Shown here one piece after another: positions 1 through 21,600 of a stretch of DNA of 64,000 nucleotides. The notes under the pieces are model-generated. The model was not told the origin of the DNA. It saw only the letters and a program-made list of their open reading frames with translations, and ran no database searches. The stretch is from Botryllus schlosseri (taxonomy: Eukaryota): assembly GCA_051294905.1 (NCBI GenBank), contig CM119372.1, forward strand, positions 17,548,001 to 17,612,000, written 5' to 3'. The stretch's first letter is position 1, and every line of letters starts with the position of its first letter. The position numbers and the translations under genes are program-made.

Positions 1-852
1 ATACACGGCCGCGTTTCGATTACTTATTCAGCCTACAGCCGCATTCCAGGGCGTAGGCTATAGCAATAAACTAACAGCTGGACGCCAAATAGGCTACCCA
101 GTACCCATGTTAAACTGTCCAACGTGCCCAATTCCGGTGACCTCCGGTCCGGACTAATCTACTTTTTCATATCGGCTTAATATACGCACTGAAATCAGGA
201 GTGTTCACTGTTCATTTTATGAATAGTTACTGGGATTGGTCACGGTCGCGTCAAGCGCGTACTTTTTTTAAGATTCAAGAATGATTTTCTTCATTAATAT
301 TAGAAGTTTCACACTATCAAATATTTATCCTTTCTCAGCTGATGTGATCAGATTCACCGGTTGAATTGACGGAGGGAGTGTTTTCGAAAATTTAGAGCAG
401 GATATATGATGATACATCTTCTGGTGACCCGATTATTTTAGTCACTTTGTTGCATGCTGTTATTTCTTGACCTCCCATCAGGATTGTCGGTCTAATGGAA
501 AGATATTGGAATCGGCCAAACCTACGAGAATCAATTTTTTTTTCGTGAGGCGCACGCGACCCTAAGATTGTATTCCTCTGCTGTACGCATCTGTACTGCG
601 GGGCTCAGACTACAAAGGGCGCTGTTATATTAACATCGAAAAATGAAGTTGCATTGAATCGCGCGTAGTGCGAAGAAAATTTCAAGAGAAATTAAATTCT
701 CTCATATATTTGGCAGTCAATTCGTAAAATTCAATTTGCATGTCGACGGCCGCCAACATAAACTAATTGAATTACGTGTCCACTGTCCATGGCCGCACAA
801 ATTACCTTCTGCGGTCACATGCGGCCGCAGGTTGCCCAGTGCCCACCCCTGT

Positions 853-1390
853 TAAGGTCGTGGTCCGGTAATCATAAGGGCTGACTATAGTATTCATTTA
901 GAAGAAATTGCTTGTATTTCGACTTGAATGCAGACGTGCTCGACGACTGTCAGTAGCCGGCGAGATGCTATATTCCACCATTGGGATCCGGCATACTTGA
1001 CAGAGCAATGCGTTTTCTTGTATTACGTCCAGATCATGTATAGTTGTTCTTCGTGACGTGCGTATGTGGCGTAGGCTACTTGTGCGCTTTTGACTCCGAG
1101 GTGGAGTAGTCGTTGAAATTTGAGGGACAGTGACCGCACTGTAACTGATACATCAACTTGTCAATTTCTAGCTTCCTCATGTCTTCTATGTTTAACACAC
1201 CAAATCGTTTGAGAAGCGATTCATCAGCTGCGCATGCAGGCCCCCGCGGGGCTTTGGCAATGATACGGACGAACCGATGTTGTAGTTTTTGCAGTGGGTA
1301 AATCGTACGTATTCTTGCAGGTAGCACCCCCGCAAAGAATTCCGTATTGTTACTTTGGAAGCAATAAGTGAGGAGCAGCGCAAACCGCAA
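853..1390 (-). mobile_element. L2/CR1-group LINE 3' fragment (family A), degenerate ORF2 C-terminus
   Basis: Translates to LQKLQHRFVRIIAKA...VLNIEDMRKLEIDKLMYQ, typical of an ORF2 tail, and is homologous to the copies at 2.5-5.0 kb and 44.8-45.3 kb. Confidence 0.75.
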
Positions 1391-3517
1391 GCGTATTGGC
1401 CATTGTTGTGCAAGCGATGAGCATTCACACTCTCACTCTCAGTCTCTCACTGCGCAATGCGCATTTGCTCCGAGCTCGACTGCTTATTCCAGACGGCATT
1501 TGCGTCACAATGAAAAACTGATTTTTAGGGGTTCCAGGAACACCAGCACAATACAATTGATATTATCGTAATCAATACCCCGGTGGCTTTCGATTGATAA
1601 CAATTTCATAAAATTACCGTCGGTCAAAAATTACCGTCAAATTGCCTTTAGCCCTGGGGTGGCCAACCTTTTCGGCCGGAGGGCCACATGCAATTGACGA
1701 ACCATTGCGAGTGCCACTAGCCGCGCCAAGCGCGAAAATTTTCCGAAGTTTATAGGTCAATAATATTGTTACTTGAGTAAATTGCGGGTCTGCTGTAGCG
1801 TGTATATCTCTGGGCTCGGTTTGCAAGGACTGGACTATTTGGCACCTGGACATATCGATATCGAGAGGTTCGGCCAACATGCGTCAAACACTTTGTCCAG
1901 AAATCCAGTGACAACATATTGTGCGAAGGGTGAAGCGCAAATTATTTTGCTTTATTGTAATGTACGAAGATCGACCAAAATGTGACTGGTCCGTGGATCT
2001 GCCAATGCGACGGAACTGATGTTTTAGTGATCACTAGGGCAAGTTTTTGTCGCGCTGAAATCGCGAGAAAGTTGCACTTAATTTTAACAAAAGTTACAGT
2101 AACAAGTTGCATTTATAATTTTGTTGAATTATTATGGTATAAGATACTCCAAAGGTTCCATTGTATTCCTGCAGAGCTATCAAATTTGTTACTTCGCTAT
2201 TTAACGACGTTCTGGCGAATCGGCTAAAAATTACATTTTCCCCGGCACACAGCAAGAAAATCACGCAGTGTGGGAATAATCCCCCCCCCCCCAAAAAAAA
2301 AAATAGTCAAACAGCATAGCGATAATAAGGAACAAGAACTTGTATTAAGTCGGTGGTTATAACCTGTGGTTCAAAGCAGCCCCAGGGGTTCGCTGAGCCA
2401 TCCAGTCTCAGGGGTAGGCCTACTCCGGAGGTCAAGACTATAGAATGTTCTACATTCTTGACTTGACTTGACTCGATGAGTCATTTTCTCAAAATTAGGA
2501 GATGACTCGACTCGTTTCAATCAATCAATCAATCAATCAATCAGGTTTATTAATATTTTCATCGTTTCAAAACATCACAAGACTGCGATACAATGAAAAG
2601 ATAGGAAGGTGTCGAAACAACTTGGAGTAGCCATTTAAGATCAGACACCCACCTTAGCCTAGGCGAAGTAAATAAGAGGCATGCACACTGAATGAAAAGT
2701 AATGCAGAGAATATAAGACGCAAGCGACAAAATGAGGTGGCATGTGGCGGAGGGCGAGGTCGGTGTTAGGTCGTGGTCCGGTAATCCTGAAGGCTGGCTA
2801 GTATTGATTTAGAAGAAATTGCTTGTATTTCGACTTGAATGCGGACATGCTCGACGACTGTCGGACAGTGTTGGGATGACTCGAGTCATGACTTGACTCG
2901 AGTCAGACTCGAGTCACCTTTTTCGCATGGCTTGACTTGACTCGAGTCACTTTGCTAAAATGACTTGACTTGACTTGACTTGACTCGGCGTATCAGAAAT
3001 GTGGATTGACTCGTGACTCGGAGCAAAATTCACGAGTCAATTTCAAGTCATCAATTAATCGGTATCGATAAAAATCACTGTATCTTGCATATGTTCGGAT
3101 TGTTCGCGAAGCGCTGGTGTAACCCGTGAAAGCGACCAATCATTCAATGATCGTGCGTTTTACTGAGCCTCCATTGTTCTCTCACAAATAAATTGATCGC
3201 AAACGAAGTGATCGAAGCTCACAGCTTACGTTGTCGTAAACTAGTAGTAAAGTAATATAATAGAAAATTATCTACCTTAACCAAACCTCTTGTTTTATTG
3301 ATTTTGAATTGTAATATAGTTCATATAGGCTACTCCTCAACCATTGGCGCAGGCTCGAATTGTATCATATCAAAATGTAAATGGGTAAAGTGTAATGTTT
3401 TGCATCTTATCAATTCGTTTCTCTATTCTCTATTTCGGTTGGTAACTATGAACTGAGGCTACGTATATGTGAGCGATACAGCGCATTCTTGGGTGTATAT
3501 TCAACTCGATATACGTT

Positions 3518-3971
3518 TAAAGCTCGCTATTGCAAATTTATATCATCCAAGTACTAAGAAGAACATTTCTCATGACCACAGTGATGTTGTTTGTTGTTTT
3601 GTTTCATTTTATATGTTACAATAATATTACCACTGTGTACATGGGTCAAATTGTCTCATCACACTGTTAACTATGATAACCGTCCTTCACTAGTGTTGCT
3701 GTCTTTTATTTACTTTTGTTTATTTCGTTACTCTTTGCGGTGCTACTCGACTGAGAGAAGAAATTGATTCATAATATTATTAATACTGCCAATATGCTTG
3801 GGTGACTCCGGCCTAGAAGACTTCGGTCATATCGGGTCTCCCAGTCTATACCATGTAAAATATAGTAGGAAAAAATGTATACTATTGGACGTGAATTGTT
3901 TGTGGACATTGACTTGACTATATTTCATGGTTGACGAATAAAAGAATTCTCTCTCTCTCTCTCTTCTCTCT
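3518..3971 (+). mobile_element. LINE 3' fragment with (CT)n tail nested in the hAT-like element
   Basis: Absent from the 36780 copy. Starts with the ORF2-like end FKARYCKFISSKY* and finishes with AATAAA then (CT)n. Confidence 0.5.
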
Positions 3972-3990
3972 CATCGGTTCAAAATCAATA

Positions 3991-4575
3991 AGCCCATTTA
4001 CATGGCCGTTTGGGTCAGCTTCGAAGCTGACTCGTCAATCCGACTCTCTCGTTTTTGAAAAAGAGAAAAAGGCAGACGGCTTCAATCCGTCTTGAGCTCA
4101 ATCCGTTCCGCAGAGTCGCTTGGAGACGACTTGAACAGTGCCGGTACTTGAAAACGAATCCAGACTGCAGCAACATACCAACATTTCATGTTCATATTTC
4201 ACGAAACCGGCGCGTATTTCAACTTGGTGAATGTGAAAGCTCTATCAGTACATGATACTGCTTTTATAATATGCACGTGGTCTTATTTGTTCAGCGTCAC
4301 AACTTATGAAGCGAGTACAGCCAACAATATAACTTGCACAACTCACTATCAGAAAGAATATATACACGATGTATTTGGTCATTCTAGAATTGTGATGAAG
4401 TATTTCTGGATATCTCAACTGCTATAGCATATTCCCGAGCTGAATCCCAAAGTGCTGTGTATCACTCGAGCTGCGATAAATATGACCATGTAAACTCGAT
4501 CACTTTGGCAAGCCGTCTCATGACGTCACTCCAAGACGACTTGACTTCAAGACGACTTGACCATGTAAATGGGCT
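3991..4575. mobile_element. MITE nested in the hAT-like element
   Basis: TIR AGCCCATTTACATGG...CCATGTAAATGGGCT flanked by TA on both sides. Absent from the sister copy. Confidence 0.8.
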
Positions 4576-5056
4576 TATTGACCACTCAATCTGTATTTCA
4601 GACAGCTAGCAAAATGTAATGACGTAATCATGCCTCATACTACGAAAAGGCAACTTGACTGGAATTTTGACTTGACTCGTGACTTGACTTGACTTGACTC
4701 GACTTGACTCGAGTCACCTCCAAAAATCGAGTGACTTGACTTGACTCGAGTCACCTTCGAAAACCGATTGACTTGACTTGACTCGAGTCAAAATGTGAAA
4801 TGACTCGAAATGACTCGTGACTCGAAGGTAGTGACTTGATCCCAACACTGCTGTCGGATAGCCGGCGAGATGCTGTTCCACAATTGGGGTCCGGCATACT
4901 TGATAGAGCAATGCGTTTTCTTGTATTCAGTCCTGATCATATGGTAGTTGTTCTTCGATGACGCGCGTGTGCTGTACTTGTGCGCTTTTGTCTCCGAGGT
5001 GAAGTAGTCGTTGAAATTTGAGGGACATTGACCGCAATGGAACTGATACATAAACT

Positions 5057-5537
5057 GTGTATTGAATCGACTTGGACTCGAGCTATTGCGCATGACTCGA
5101 ACCAATAAGTCATATGACATTATGACTCGAGACTCAGACGGCCAAGACCGACATTTCATTATAATTTCGAAGAATAGTTAAGTAATGACACTATTAGGAT
5201 TTCGTCTATTTGGTACTGGTACTTGAAAAGGCGACCAGAAACTGCTAAAAGTGAGGAAAATTGGTGCATTATAAATGGAAACCATTCGATATCACCAAAC
5301 AGTTATAAAAAGTGGATTTAACAAGACTTTAACTGGAAACTGAGCAGTCAACACAAGGACTTTGACTCGGATTCGAGTCACATAATTCCATGACTCGGAC
5401 TTGACCCTCTGATCGTTGACTTGGACTCGGAGTTAATTCGGTTGTGTATTGAAAATGACTCGACTAGATTCGAGTCAAAACTAGAAAAGTGAGATTGACT
5501 TGTGACTTGGAGCCTAGTGACTCGGTTGCGACCCTGA
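5057..5537. mobile_element. Truncated copy of MITE family D (CAGGGTTGTAA-type termini)
   Basis: Homologous to 29305-32848 and 32161-32718; ends GGTTGCGACCCTG. Confidence 0.65.
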
Positions 5538-6809
5538 CGTTTACACTCGATTCGATAAAGACACCCACCCAACCCAACTCATGTGATTCGTGATGTCAAC
5601 GTGATGTTGTACTATTTTTAATATTCATGTTGTAATTATGGTCAAATACGAAGCGCACTGTACCAATATAGAGATTACTACGTACCAATCATAGTTTGCT
5701 AAAGGCTACGGTAATAATCTATTCTTATCACCGGGTGATGATAAATGACCATCTGGTGGCGCGATTGCAGTATTTTCTTTCGATCATTGAGAATTTGGAT
5801 CAGACAAAAGCGGTCCTGGTAAGCCAAACCCTAAAACCCTGTCTTTTTTGGGTTCCTCTCGGAAAAATTCAAATAAATTTTTTGGATCAATACAGAATAC
5901 CTGGATAATTCAATTTAACTCAAGTGCGAACGAGGTAGATTTCATTCCACTGTAGAAATTATTCAATGACCACCAATTTGGATAAAATGTTGCATTATTA
6001 TTCATTTCTATCTCCGGCTCTCGCTCGCCAAGACGTTATCGTAGTCGTCTCAGTTGAGTTGGATTATCGTTTACGCTTTGGGCGATAGTTTACAGACGCG
6101 GCCGACAGACGTCTCATGCGGGAATCTGTATAAAGATATGTTTATGTACTTCTGTAGCACTTTATTGCACTGTTCACTCATTTCCATAGGATTGATAATC
6201 TAAAGATACCGTTGTATTGAATGAGATTTTAGGATATAATTAAATGAGGTAGCGAAGGACATATACTATACGATATATTTATCAACTGCAGTATATCCCT
6301 GGAATGCTATAACTGATGTTAGCATAACACAATGCTCGTGGTTGGGACACCAAAAACGTTTATTTCGTCACAGATGTCTGATTAGCATAATCCGCAGTGC
6401 AGCAATCGCCCATCGGCAATTATGTCAGTATAAAGTTCCTTCAAACAGTTGAAGATGACCATTATTCCACTTGTAGTCGTTTATTTCCTTTGTGCTTATC
6501 ATTTTATCGATGCTCAGTAGTATAGGCTCTTCCAATTTTTCAGCCTTCATTCCAGTGTAGGAATATAGTTAACACAAATTATTGCAACAACTTTATTCCA
6601 TTTCATTAGGCAGTTGCAAAGTAGCACTGTGAGTCGAATCTATTCTCTTATTAATTGAATGGTGGTATGTTCCAAGTTTGTATTGATTTGGTATTACAAA
6701 GGAGATATGAGGTATGTGTAAGAAACCATACAATTTAGCCTTATTGGTGTAGCCGTTGTGGCGAAAGGAGCGAGTGCCTCTCCAATTTTTTTCAACTTTG
6801 GCAATATGG

Positions 6810-7124
6810 TAGGGTTACCATACGTCCTCTTTTAAGAGGATTTGCCCTCTTTTTTGAGAGTGTCGTCAGAGGACGCCCAAATGTCCTCTTTTTTGAGATT
6901 TTTAGTTAAATATTGGTCAAAATTCGACTGAGATACAGTAAATCAGCTCTGAAGTAACGATCCGGCGGCTATTTCAGGAGCCAAGCCGGAAACTTGACCT
7001 TTTTTTTAATCAACCGACCACGAAGTGCAAAAAATTGACCATTTTTTCAGGATTTGCCACCGGTATTGCTAGTCGGAAAATTTTGAAAAAGTGTCCTTCG
7101 GATTTCCAAAATATGGTAACCCTA
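6810..7124. mobile_element. hAT-like MITE
   Basis: TIR TAGGGTTACCATA...TATGGTAACCCTA. The flanking CAATATGG recurs on the right after 3 extra nt. Confidence 0.75.
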
Positions 7125-7847
7125 CAACAATATGGCATCCGGCATCATTTGTTGTGATTGAGTCACAATAGATATTCGTGACATGTCATTATATAAAATA
7201 TTACGCCCCCTCCCGATTTTTCATCCTGGCTATGCCTGTACCCTTGTACGGTTCTGAAACCTTGTCATCTGCAAGTCGAACGAAGCCAATACTTTTGAAA
7301 GCACGGTTTCAAAGCTGAACTGTAGGGGTGAGGGTGATAAATAGTGAACTGTTTCCAACTGTTTTTCATGGCTATAACTGCATATATTTCCTCGCATATA
7401 CAGCTCTGTTGATAAATACATATGTTTTAAAATGGACACGTCTAAATCGAATGAGCAGCGTGGTACGGCTGAAGTCGTTCGTGGCCAAGTATTTGAAGTA
7501 GGGCCAAGATATCATACCCTGTCATACATTGGAGAAGGGGCTTACGGAATGGTTGTGTGAGTATCCGTTGCATGAATTCATTTTGATATAGGTCTTTGGT
7601 ACGAATTTTATTGCTCTGGTCAATGGGCAAGATTTTTTTCAACTTTGTATATATTTTAGAATCAGTATTATCAGTAATCTGGGAATTATTGGTTGAGCAC
7701 AGGTACTGGCCATTGATGGTCTAATGACGTTGGTGGTAATTGTGCAGAGGTAGAGTGCTTGCTTGGCTTCTAGATCGGTATGTTGTGCGTTATGGTAGCT
7801 TATACATTTTATGACATTCCTAGATGATAGTAGATAATGCTTTCTGA

Positions 7848-15437
<7,590 letters not shown>

Positions 15438-16453
15438 TGAAAGTACCTTGGATGATTCTAAGGTAGGTGTTTGTGATTATCCGTCTTGGATCTGTTACGT
15501 AACCTAATATACGTTTCCTCTCTTTTTAGAATACTTTGTTCTCGTGACATAACAAGTGATACATCACTGCCTTATATACGATGTTTCATAGCGGTGTCAT
15601 TATTTACGTTATTTGATAATGTGCACAATTTACTGTAATTTTGCCATGCCTTCCAATCTCTTATTTCTACCGAAGTATATATTGAGCCGTTTCGTGATTT
15701 TCTGGTTCCATATCCCATTGGTATCGTGCTACTTACCACTTGATGGTGCATGCCATTCGATATGTTTGTATCGGCCCATGTTCCAAAGTTTGGACTTACG
15801 AAGTTAGGTATAAGAACTATCTGCATTGATTGGGTATGTGAACCCAATGACCTTCATTGTTCAATGAAGATTCGGGGTTACTGGAATGTACAACGTACAT
15901 TGTACAATGCTCATGCTGCACGGTGTAACTATTTTGTAGTCCTCGCTATTGCATTGACGAAGATCAATGCCGAATATCAATGCTCAACTTTTTATAACAG
16001 TGATCTTCCTTTATCGTGACTTCATATTCAGATGTACGAAGTTTCCAATAATTATACGAAGATCATGTCCCGTTGTTTCTTTCTGATTCTTTGTGATTAC
16101 CAAGCGTTTATTTTGTGCTCGATGTGTAAAATTCCTATACAGAGATCAGAGTATATAGTTTCCATTTTGCGTTTAAAAGTGATCAGACCTTGCTTCTGTA
16201 GTGTGCTCATGGCGATGCCTACGTGAATAATAACAAAATCTCAACGTCTAAATGTCAACATTCCAATTTTGAAGTTGCCTGCATTTAATGAGACACTAAT
16301 TCAGCCGGAATCGCATCTATGATTTCCATGTATATAGCTCAGCATTTGTAGTGAAAACGATTAACTCGTGTTATGGGCACGAGATTACTTTTTTTGCTCA
16401 TGTATATGGTACATTTTATGTGCAGTAGATATAGATTTTTTATTTCAAACTGA

Positions 16454-16459
16454 AATAAA
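16454..16459 (+). terminator. Probable polyadenylation signal of the ERK gene
   Basis: AATAAA about 1 kb after the stop codon, followed by T-rich sequence. Confidence 0.5.
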
Positions 16460-16940
16460 AAAAAGTACGTATTAGTAGTTTTTTTTAAAGGTTATGTTGC
16501 TGGTAGATGCCCTGATATCCCAAGCCCCACTTTTGAATCGCCACTGCATCTTGTTGCCCTGTGTCCATTTACAAACCCAAATACTATTCTACCGTCTGAG
16601 TTCCAAATGTGGACTTGTGACATTTCATTGTATTCTCCTATATCGTAAGTTTGGTGCCCCTGAAAATGGCTGTTGCCACCCCCCTCCTTCTATATGGTTT
16701 CTTCTTGTGTAAATACTCGAGTATGGTTATCTGCTGGCTATGAAAAATACAATCGAAACATTCAATTTCTCTTCTGGTGTGGTCTTGTCTCGTGTACTAT
16801 GCAGAGTCTGCCTTGTGAGTGATATTTTTACAGAGTTGTTTTTCGAAAGCTGTATCTAAATTAGCCTATTGATGGAGTTCAGGATTAAATGCAATTGCAA
16901 GATTTGACCACGACCAGCATCAAAATGTAGGCTACTTTAA

Positions 16941-17305
16941 AGGGGCACTGCACTCTAAAAATGATGTGGTCTCAACTTGAAGGGCGAAAGGAAAAATAAT
17001 TTTGGGCTGCAGCCGTTTTCTTCAGAACGCCACCGTAATGGAGCTGCAATTCATTGAAATTTCCACAAGAACTTCCCGCTCCGGCAGTCACGCAGAGATC
17101 GAACTTTATATAGTTGTCAGCCAATATTATGAAGGAAATATGACGTACACGCCAAGGTGGTTTAGATACCGCGTTCAATGGAAGATGTTCAGTCAGGAGA
17201 TTTATGGCAAAATTGGGCCTAGTGTATATTTTGGCTGCGGCCAAATTTTTTTTTTGTTTTGCCCTTCAATTTGAGACCACATCATTTTTAGAGTGCAGTG
17301 CCCCT
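16941..17305. mobile_element. Kolobok-like MITE
   Basis: Long TIR AGGGGCACTGCACTCTAAAAATGATGTGGTCTCAA and its reverse complement, with TTAA on both sides. Confidence 0.88.
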
Positions 17306-18671
17306 TTAATAGCCATGAGGTGGTTTCTGTTCTGCTGTACGGAGTTTGCATAGGCCTACTGAAAACATTTTTATAGCTGACCATTTCCTTGTCAGACTAT
17401 TGTCTCCAATCTCCCACAAAAAAATTCTATAATATATCTTGATTTGTGAAACAATTTTAGGCCACATCGGAGTGTTCCCCCTGCCAATTGGGGTTCGGCA
17501 GTTATGGCCCTGATCTCACAAGCTGTGTAGTGTGTATCGGCCCTGTATTGAGGTTTATTCACCAACCGTTGTTTCATAAGGTATTCAATTATATTATTAC
17601 ATGTGTTGGGGTCGGTGAAATATGTCGAGACTCTCTCAAGGCACATTCATCATTTTAGTAATTGTGCAGAACGCTCATTTCACCCGAAGCCGTGTCATAG
17701 CATCATGCAGGGTCCTTTCTAGTGATCAGGATTACTTTTATTTCCGAGATTTACTGTTGACCTTGTCATGTTTACAATGATTAGGTCATAAATTATGGCA
17801 ACCTTGGATCATAAATTACGGCAACTTATTTCAGTACAGTTTAACAAGAATCTTGACATATAAACAAACCAGCAGCTTTATGACTTGGCTCTATGATGCA
17901 GACAGGGCTATGAGTAATTGCTGTTACTGTACAGCAATCGGTTTCATGAAAAAATCGACCGATCCTTACGAGCAAGAATCTAGTAAGATGCCTATGAGAA
18001 TTCATGTGAAAGGTGCGAGATTATATCACGGTTGAACTTGTAACCTAGACAAGTGAATTCAACCTCTGGTGAATAGGTAAGAGTTAGGGGTCAGGCTCGA
18101 TTGCTTCAACCATACGTGTCGCTTGAACAACCTTTTCGGCAACCCTTTGCCCTCAAAATAATATTTATCGCAGACCAGTAACGAACTCCTCACGGACCGG
18201 CAGTGGTTCGCTGACCACTGACTGAAATGATTGAAACAACAGTTTTCAGTCGAGAACTAACGAATGCTAAATTACTAAGCGAACTTGAACCTTATCAATT
18301 TTTGCCGTAAAGTTGACTCCGTGTGCCCACTGTGCGCTGAAGTACAATGCATATTTCGCACAGAACTAATTCAAATTAATTTCACTTGATCAATAACCCT
18401 GCGATATTCCTACAATGGAATTTTCACCACAGAACAATTGTAAATATCAATCGACATCCAACTCAAATAAGTAACGTGGACAATCGTAATTATGACATGT
18501 GGAGAAACATTGTCACCATGGCTAAATTAACTCAAGTCAATTATGCTCGCTTGAACCCTACACCCTGCAGTTATCTCGAGACAATCTTGATTTTACAACA
18601 ATGTATTGTTTCAAATATATCTGTACACTACTCCTGCAATAGATGGGTCCACTACGACGCTTCAGTCGTGA

Positions 18672-21600
18672 TCATGTGACGGAATTCGATTTCGAACGCC
18701 GCCTATCGATCAAGCTTTTGATAAAGAATTCCCCGGCTTTGTAGGACGACCGTACTAACGGACCGCTTGCCGTGTATAAAAATCCGAGCTCGCGTCCCAT
18801 GTCTTCCCAGTGCTTGAACTTTTCTGGAGTGACGTATTCCTGTACCTTTGTGTGCCTTTTCGTGGGTTGCATGTACTGTCCCAGGGTCACACAGTCCACA
18901 TCGTTAGCTCTGAGGTCTGAAGATGGCAACAGGGTTACAGGTCATGCAGAGCCATCGCAACTAAACACGGAAATTTCAGGGTTAAATAGACTTGAATACG
19001 GCTAAAGACTATTCCTGGAGGAACGTCGGAGGAAATTTGATTTAGTCTTCTTATTGTTTTATTAATCAACGGTATTTCTCAAGGTTCTAAAGTTATTTGA
19101 TGCTTTTACAGCTAAATGGACTTGAATACAGCAAAAATGAAAGTCTTTCAGTGACATCGCAAAATTGTGATTTGTATTATTATTGCTTGATCATTTCTAG
19201 AGGTAACAGCATTCAACTACCGTAAACCGGGGTAGCTTTGGACTTAAGGGTTACTTTGGACATTAAGCAGTAAAAGATTTAAATGGTTATTGATGGAAAA
19301 GGGTTACCGCTGGATGTCCAATTCTTTTTCATGAGGCAAGAGTACCACAAGTAGTCTCAATAAAAGGTGGATTCATTTCACTACCAGATAGACTTGACCC
19401 AACATTGATAAATTAATGGCGGGGGTCAATTTCATTAAAATTGATGGCCATTAAACTTCTTACAACCAAACATAGATAGCATGTGATTCATAAATTCAAA
19501 ACTTGGCAGCAGATACCTCTAAATAGTCTTAAGCCATGGCAAAAATCTCAGTGGGCTCACCCTTAGATCAATACAATAAAATGTGATGTCCAAAGTTACC
19601 CCGTCAAATTTTATCAGAACGGGATAACTTTGGACAGTGGAAAATGTGATATTTAGAGCTCTGGAAAGTGGCTGCTTCATCTGTGTCAGAGTGTAACGTC
19701 AACTATATTCCTTATTACCGGCCTGATGACTTTTTAAAATGGAATGAGAAGGTTATAAAATTAAGAGTTTAACAAAATATGAAAAAATGGGTAGGCAATG
19801 AGCTGAGAGATTGTAATCGGGTGTAAGCTACTTGAAAAACTAATCACATACTCCTAAAGATGCGCCTGCTGAATATGGGATATCGTAAATTACGACAAAT
19901 ATATCCATCAGAGGACATAAGAAAGGGAAAGTGTATCTTTTAAAGAACAGTAATATATTTGAAATCGGCAATAAATCACGGTAACATGCTTAATGTTTGC
20001 TGACGATTGCTGACACTGCCAGTGGGATACCCCTTATCACCATGTGTTATCTATAAGTCCCAATTGGTGAAGGCATGAGGGAAAATTGAGATAAGGGATG
20101 AATAAGGGGGCATTAGCCTTCATAAACTACCTAATTTTTTTGGGGGGGGGGAGGGGATTAGGTAAAAATCAAGCAATAGGCAAGACATATACTATTTTGT
20201 TTCAGTTTTAACCACTGCTCTCATCAAATCTTACCAAATAAGCCTCATTTACGAGGTTTCATAAACAATAGAGTGTAAAGGCATACAAAAAAATACATTG
20301 TCCAAAGTTACCCCACATGCAGGGGTAAGTTTGGACACGGATAATTTACAAAAATAAGGTACTTATTTATGACCATGAAGATTTTGGATTAGGTAATTCT
20401 AATCTTTGCTCCATGACCCCTGAAAGACACAAAACTTGCCTCCCCTACACCCTAGCATTTCCAAGATACAAAGCGGAATTGTTGAAATTTGTCCAAAGTC
20501 ACCCCGGTTTACGGTATCAATATCACAAAAAAACTTTCGCTTTATCGCGTATACATTAACATAAGTTATAAAACTGCATTCGATTCGAATTCAATGTATA
20601 ATTTGTGTACTATTCCACAGCCAAATACAGTTGGCCGCAATATATTATTTGTAGCGCCCAATGGTTTGAAAATATATTGACAAATTGGTCGTGAAATGCC
20701 ATCCTTGCTCAATGCTCAGCACCACAATAACACAAAGCATCGCTGGATTGGTGTGTATCGTAGGCTACATTTAACACAGGACTGAAGAGGAGATTTGAAT
20801 ATTTCCATATACTTACCTTTCATGGCTTGCAAAACCTCCTCGTCAGACTCTCCGAATCCGAGCATGATTGATGATTTGGTCAAAATATCGGGATTCGATT
20901 CCTTTGCGTGTTTCAAAACAGCCAGAGATTGATCGTAGGTCGCACGGGGGTCACGGACTAGCCTGTCGAAACATGTGTACAGCGGTTGAAATGTATACGG
21001 TATGAAAGTATACCACAATTAGCACCAAGGCTACCGCAATAGGAGCTAAGCTTGGAATGGAAGGTTTAAAAGGTACCGAGTATGAGTTTGTAAAGTAAGA
21101 CTGAAGGGTCAGACTGTTACTAGAAGATTGCTGGTGAGAGCAGGGTGTGGCAAGAAAGAAGCATTTCTAATTTTTCGTATTCGACTACTTTCACTTTACT
21201 GCTACTTGACTTTGCAAAATAGAAAGCAGTTTTGGGATAAGTTTATTGAAATTGGCATTACAAAGGAGCAAACTATCCCCCGTATAAATGAACTCAATAT
21301 ATTTTCGAAAGTTACGGTATTTAGTGTCCTCAGTCATTTTGCATCAGTCGCAAAGATGCCTTATGCAATTCAGAATGTAGCCACCTGCGAATAACAATAC
21401 ACATTTTGAAACCGCTTTTCAGATCTTTCATTTTGCACTTCACTTCCACTTGAAGTAGTTTTGACACGTCTTAGCAGATAGCAAAGCTGACTACTTTGAC
21501 CACCTCAGGTGACAACTGCAAATGGAGACAAATGAGGGAATGTCTAATGGCGCAGCAATCAGGCACAACATAGTACCGTAAATGTGAACTGCAACGCCAG

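Larger units (their letters stand above)
2866..4850. mobile_element. Non-autonomous hAT-like element with GACTY/RAGTC subterminal arrays
   Basis: TIR CAGTGTTGGGAT...ATCCCAACACTG with a perfect 8-bp TSD CTGTCGGA (2858-2865 and 4851-4858). It contains nested insertions absent from the sister copy at 36780. Confidence 0.9.
2517..5056 (-). mobile_element. Family A LINE 3' end with (ATTG)n tail, split by an insertion at 2866-4850
   Basis: (CAAT)n at 2517-2543 on +. The ORF2 tail SIKYAGPQLWNSISPAIRQ/SSSMSAFKSKYKQFLLNQY* rejoins once the insertion is removed. Confidence 0.8.

Noticed and set aside
2866..3050. GACTT/GACTC pentamer arrays as CRISPR or satellite
   Set aside because: There are no unique spacers and the context is eukaryotic. 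They are subterminal arrays of TIR elements with 8-bp TSDs.
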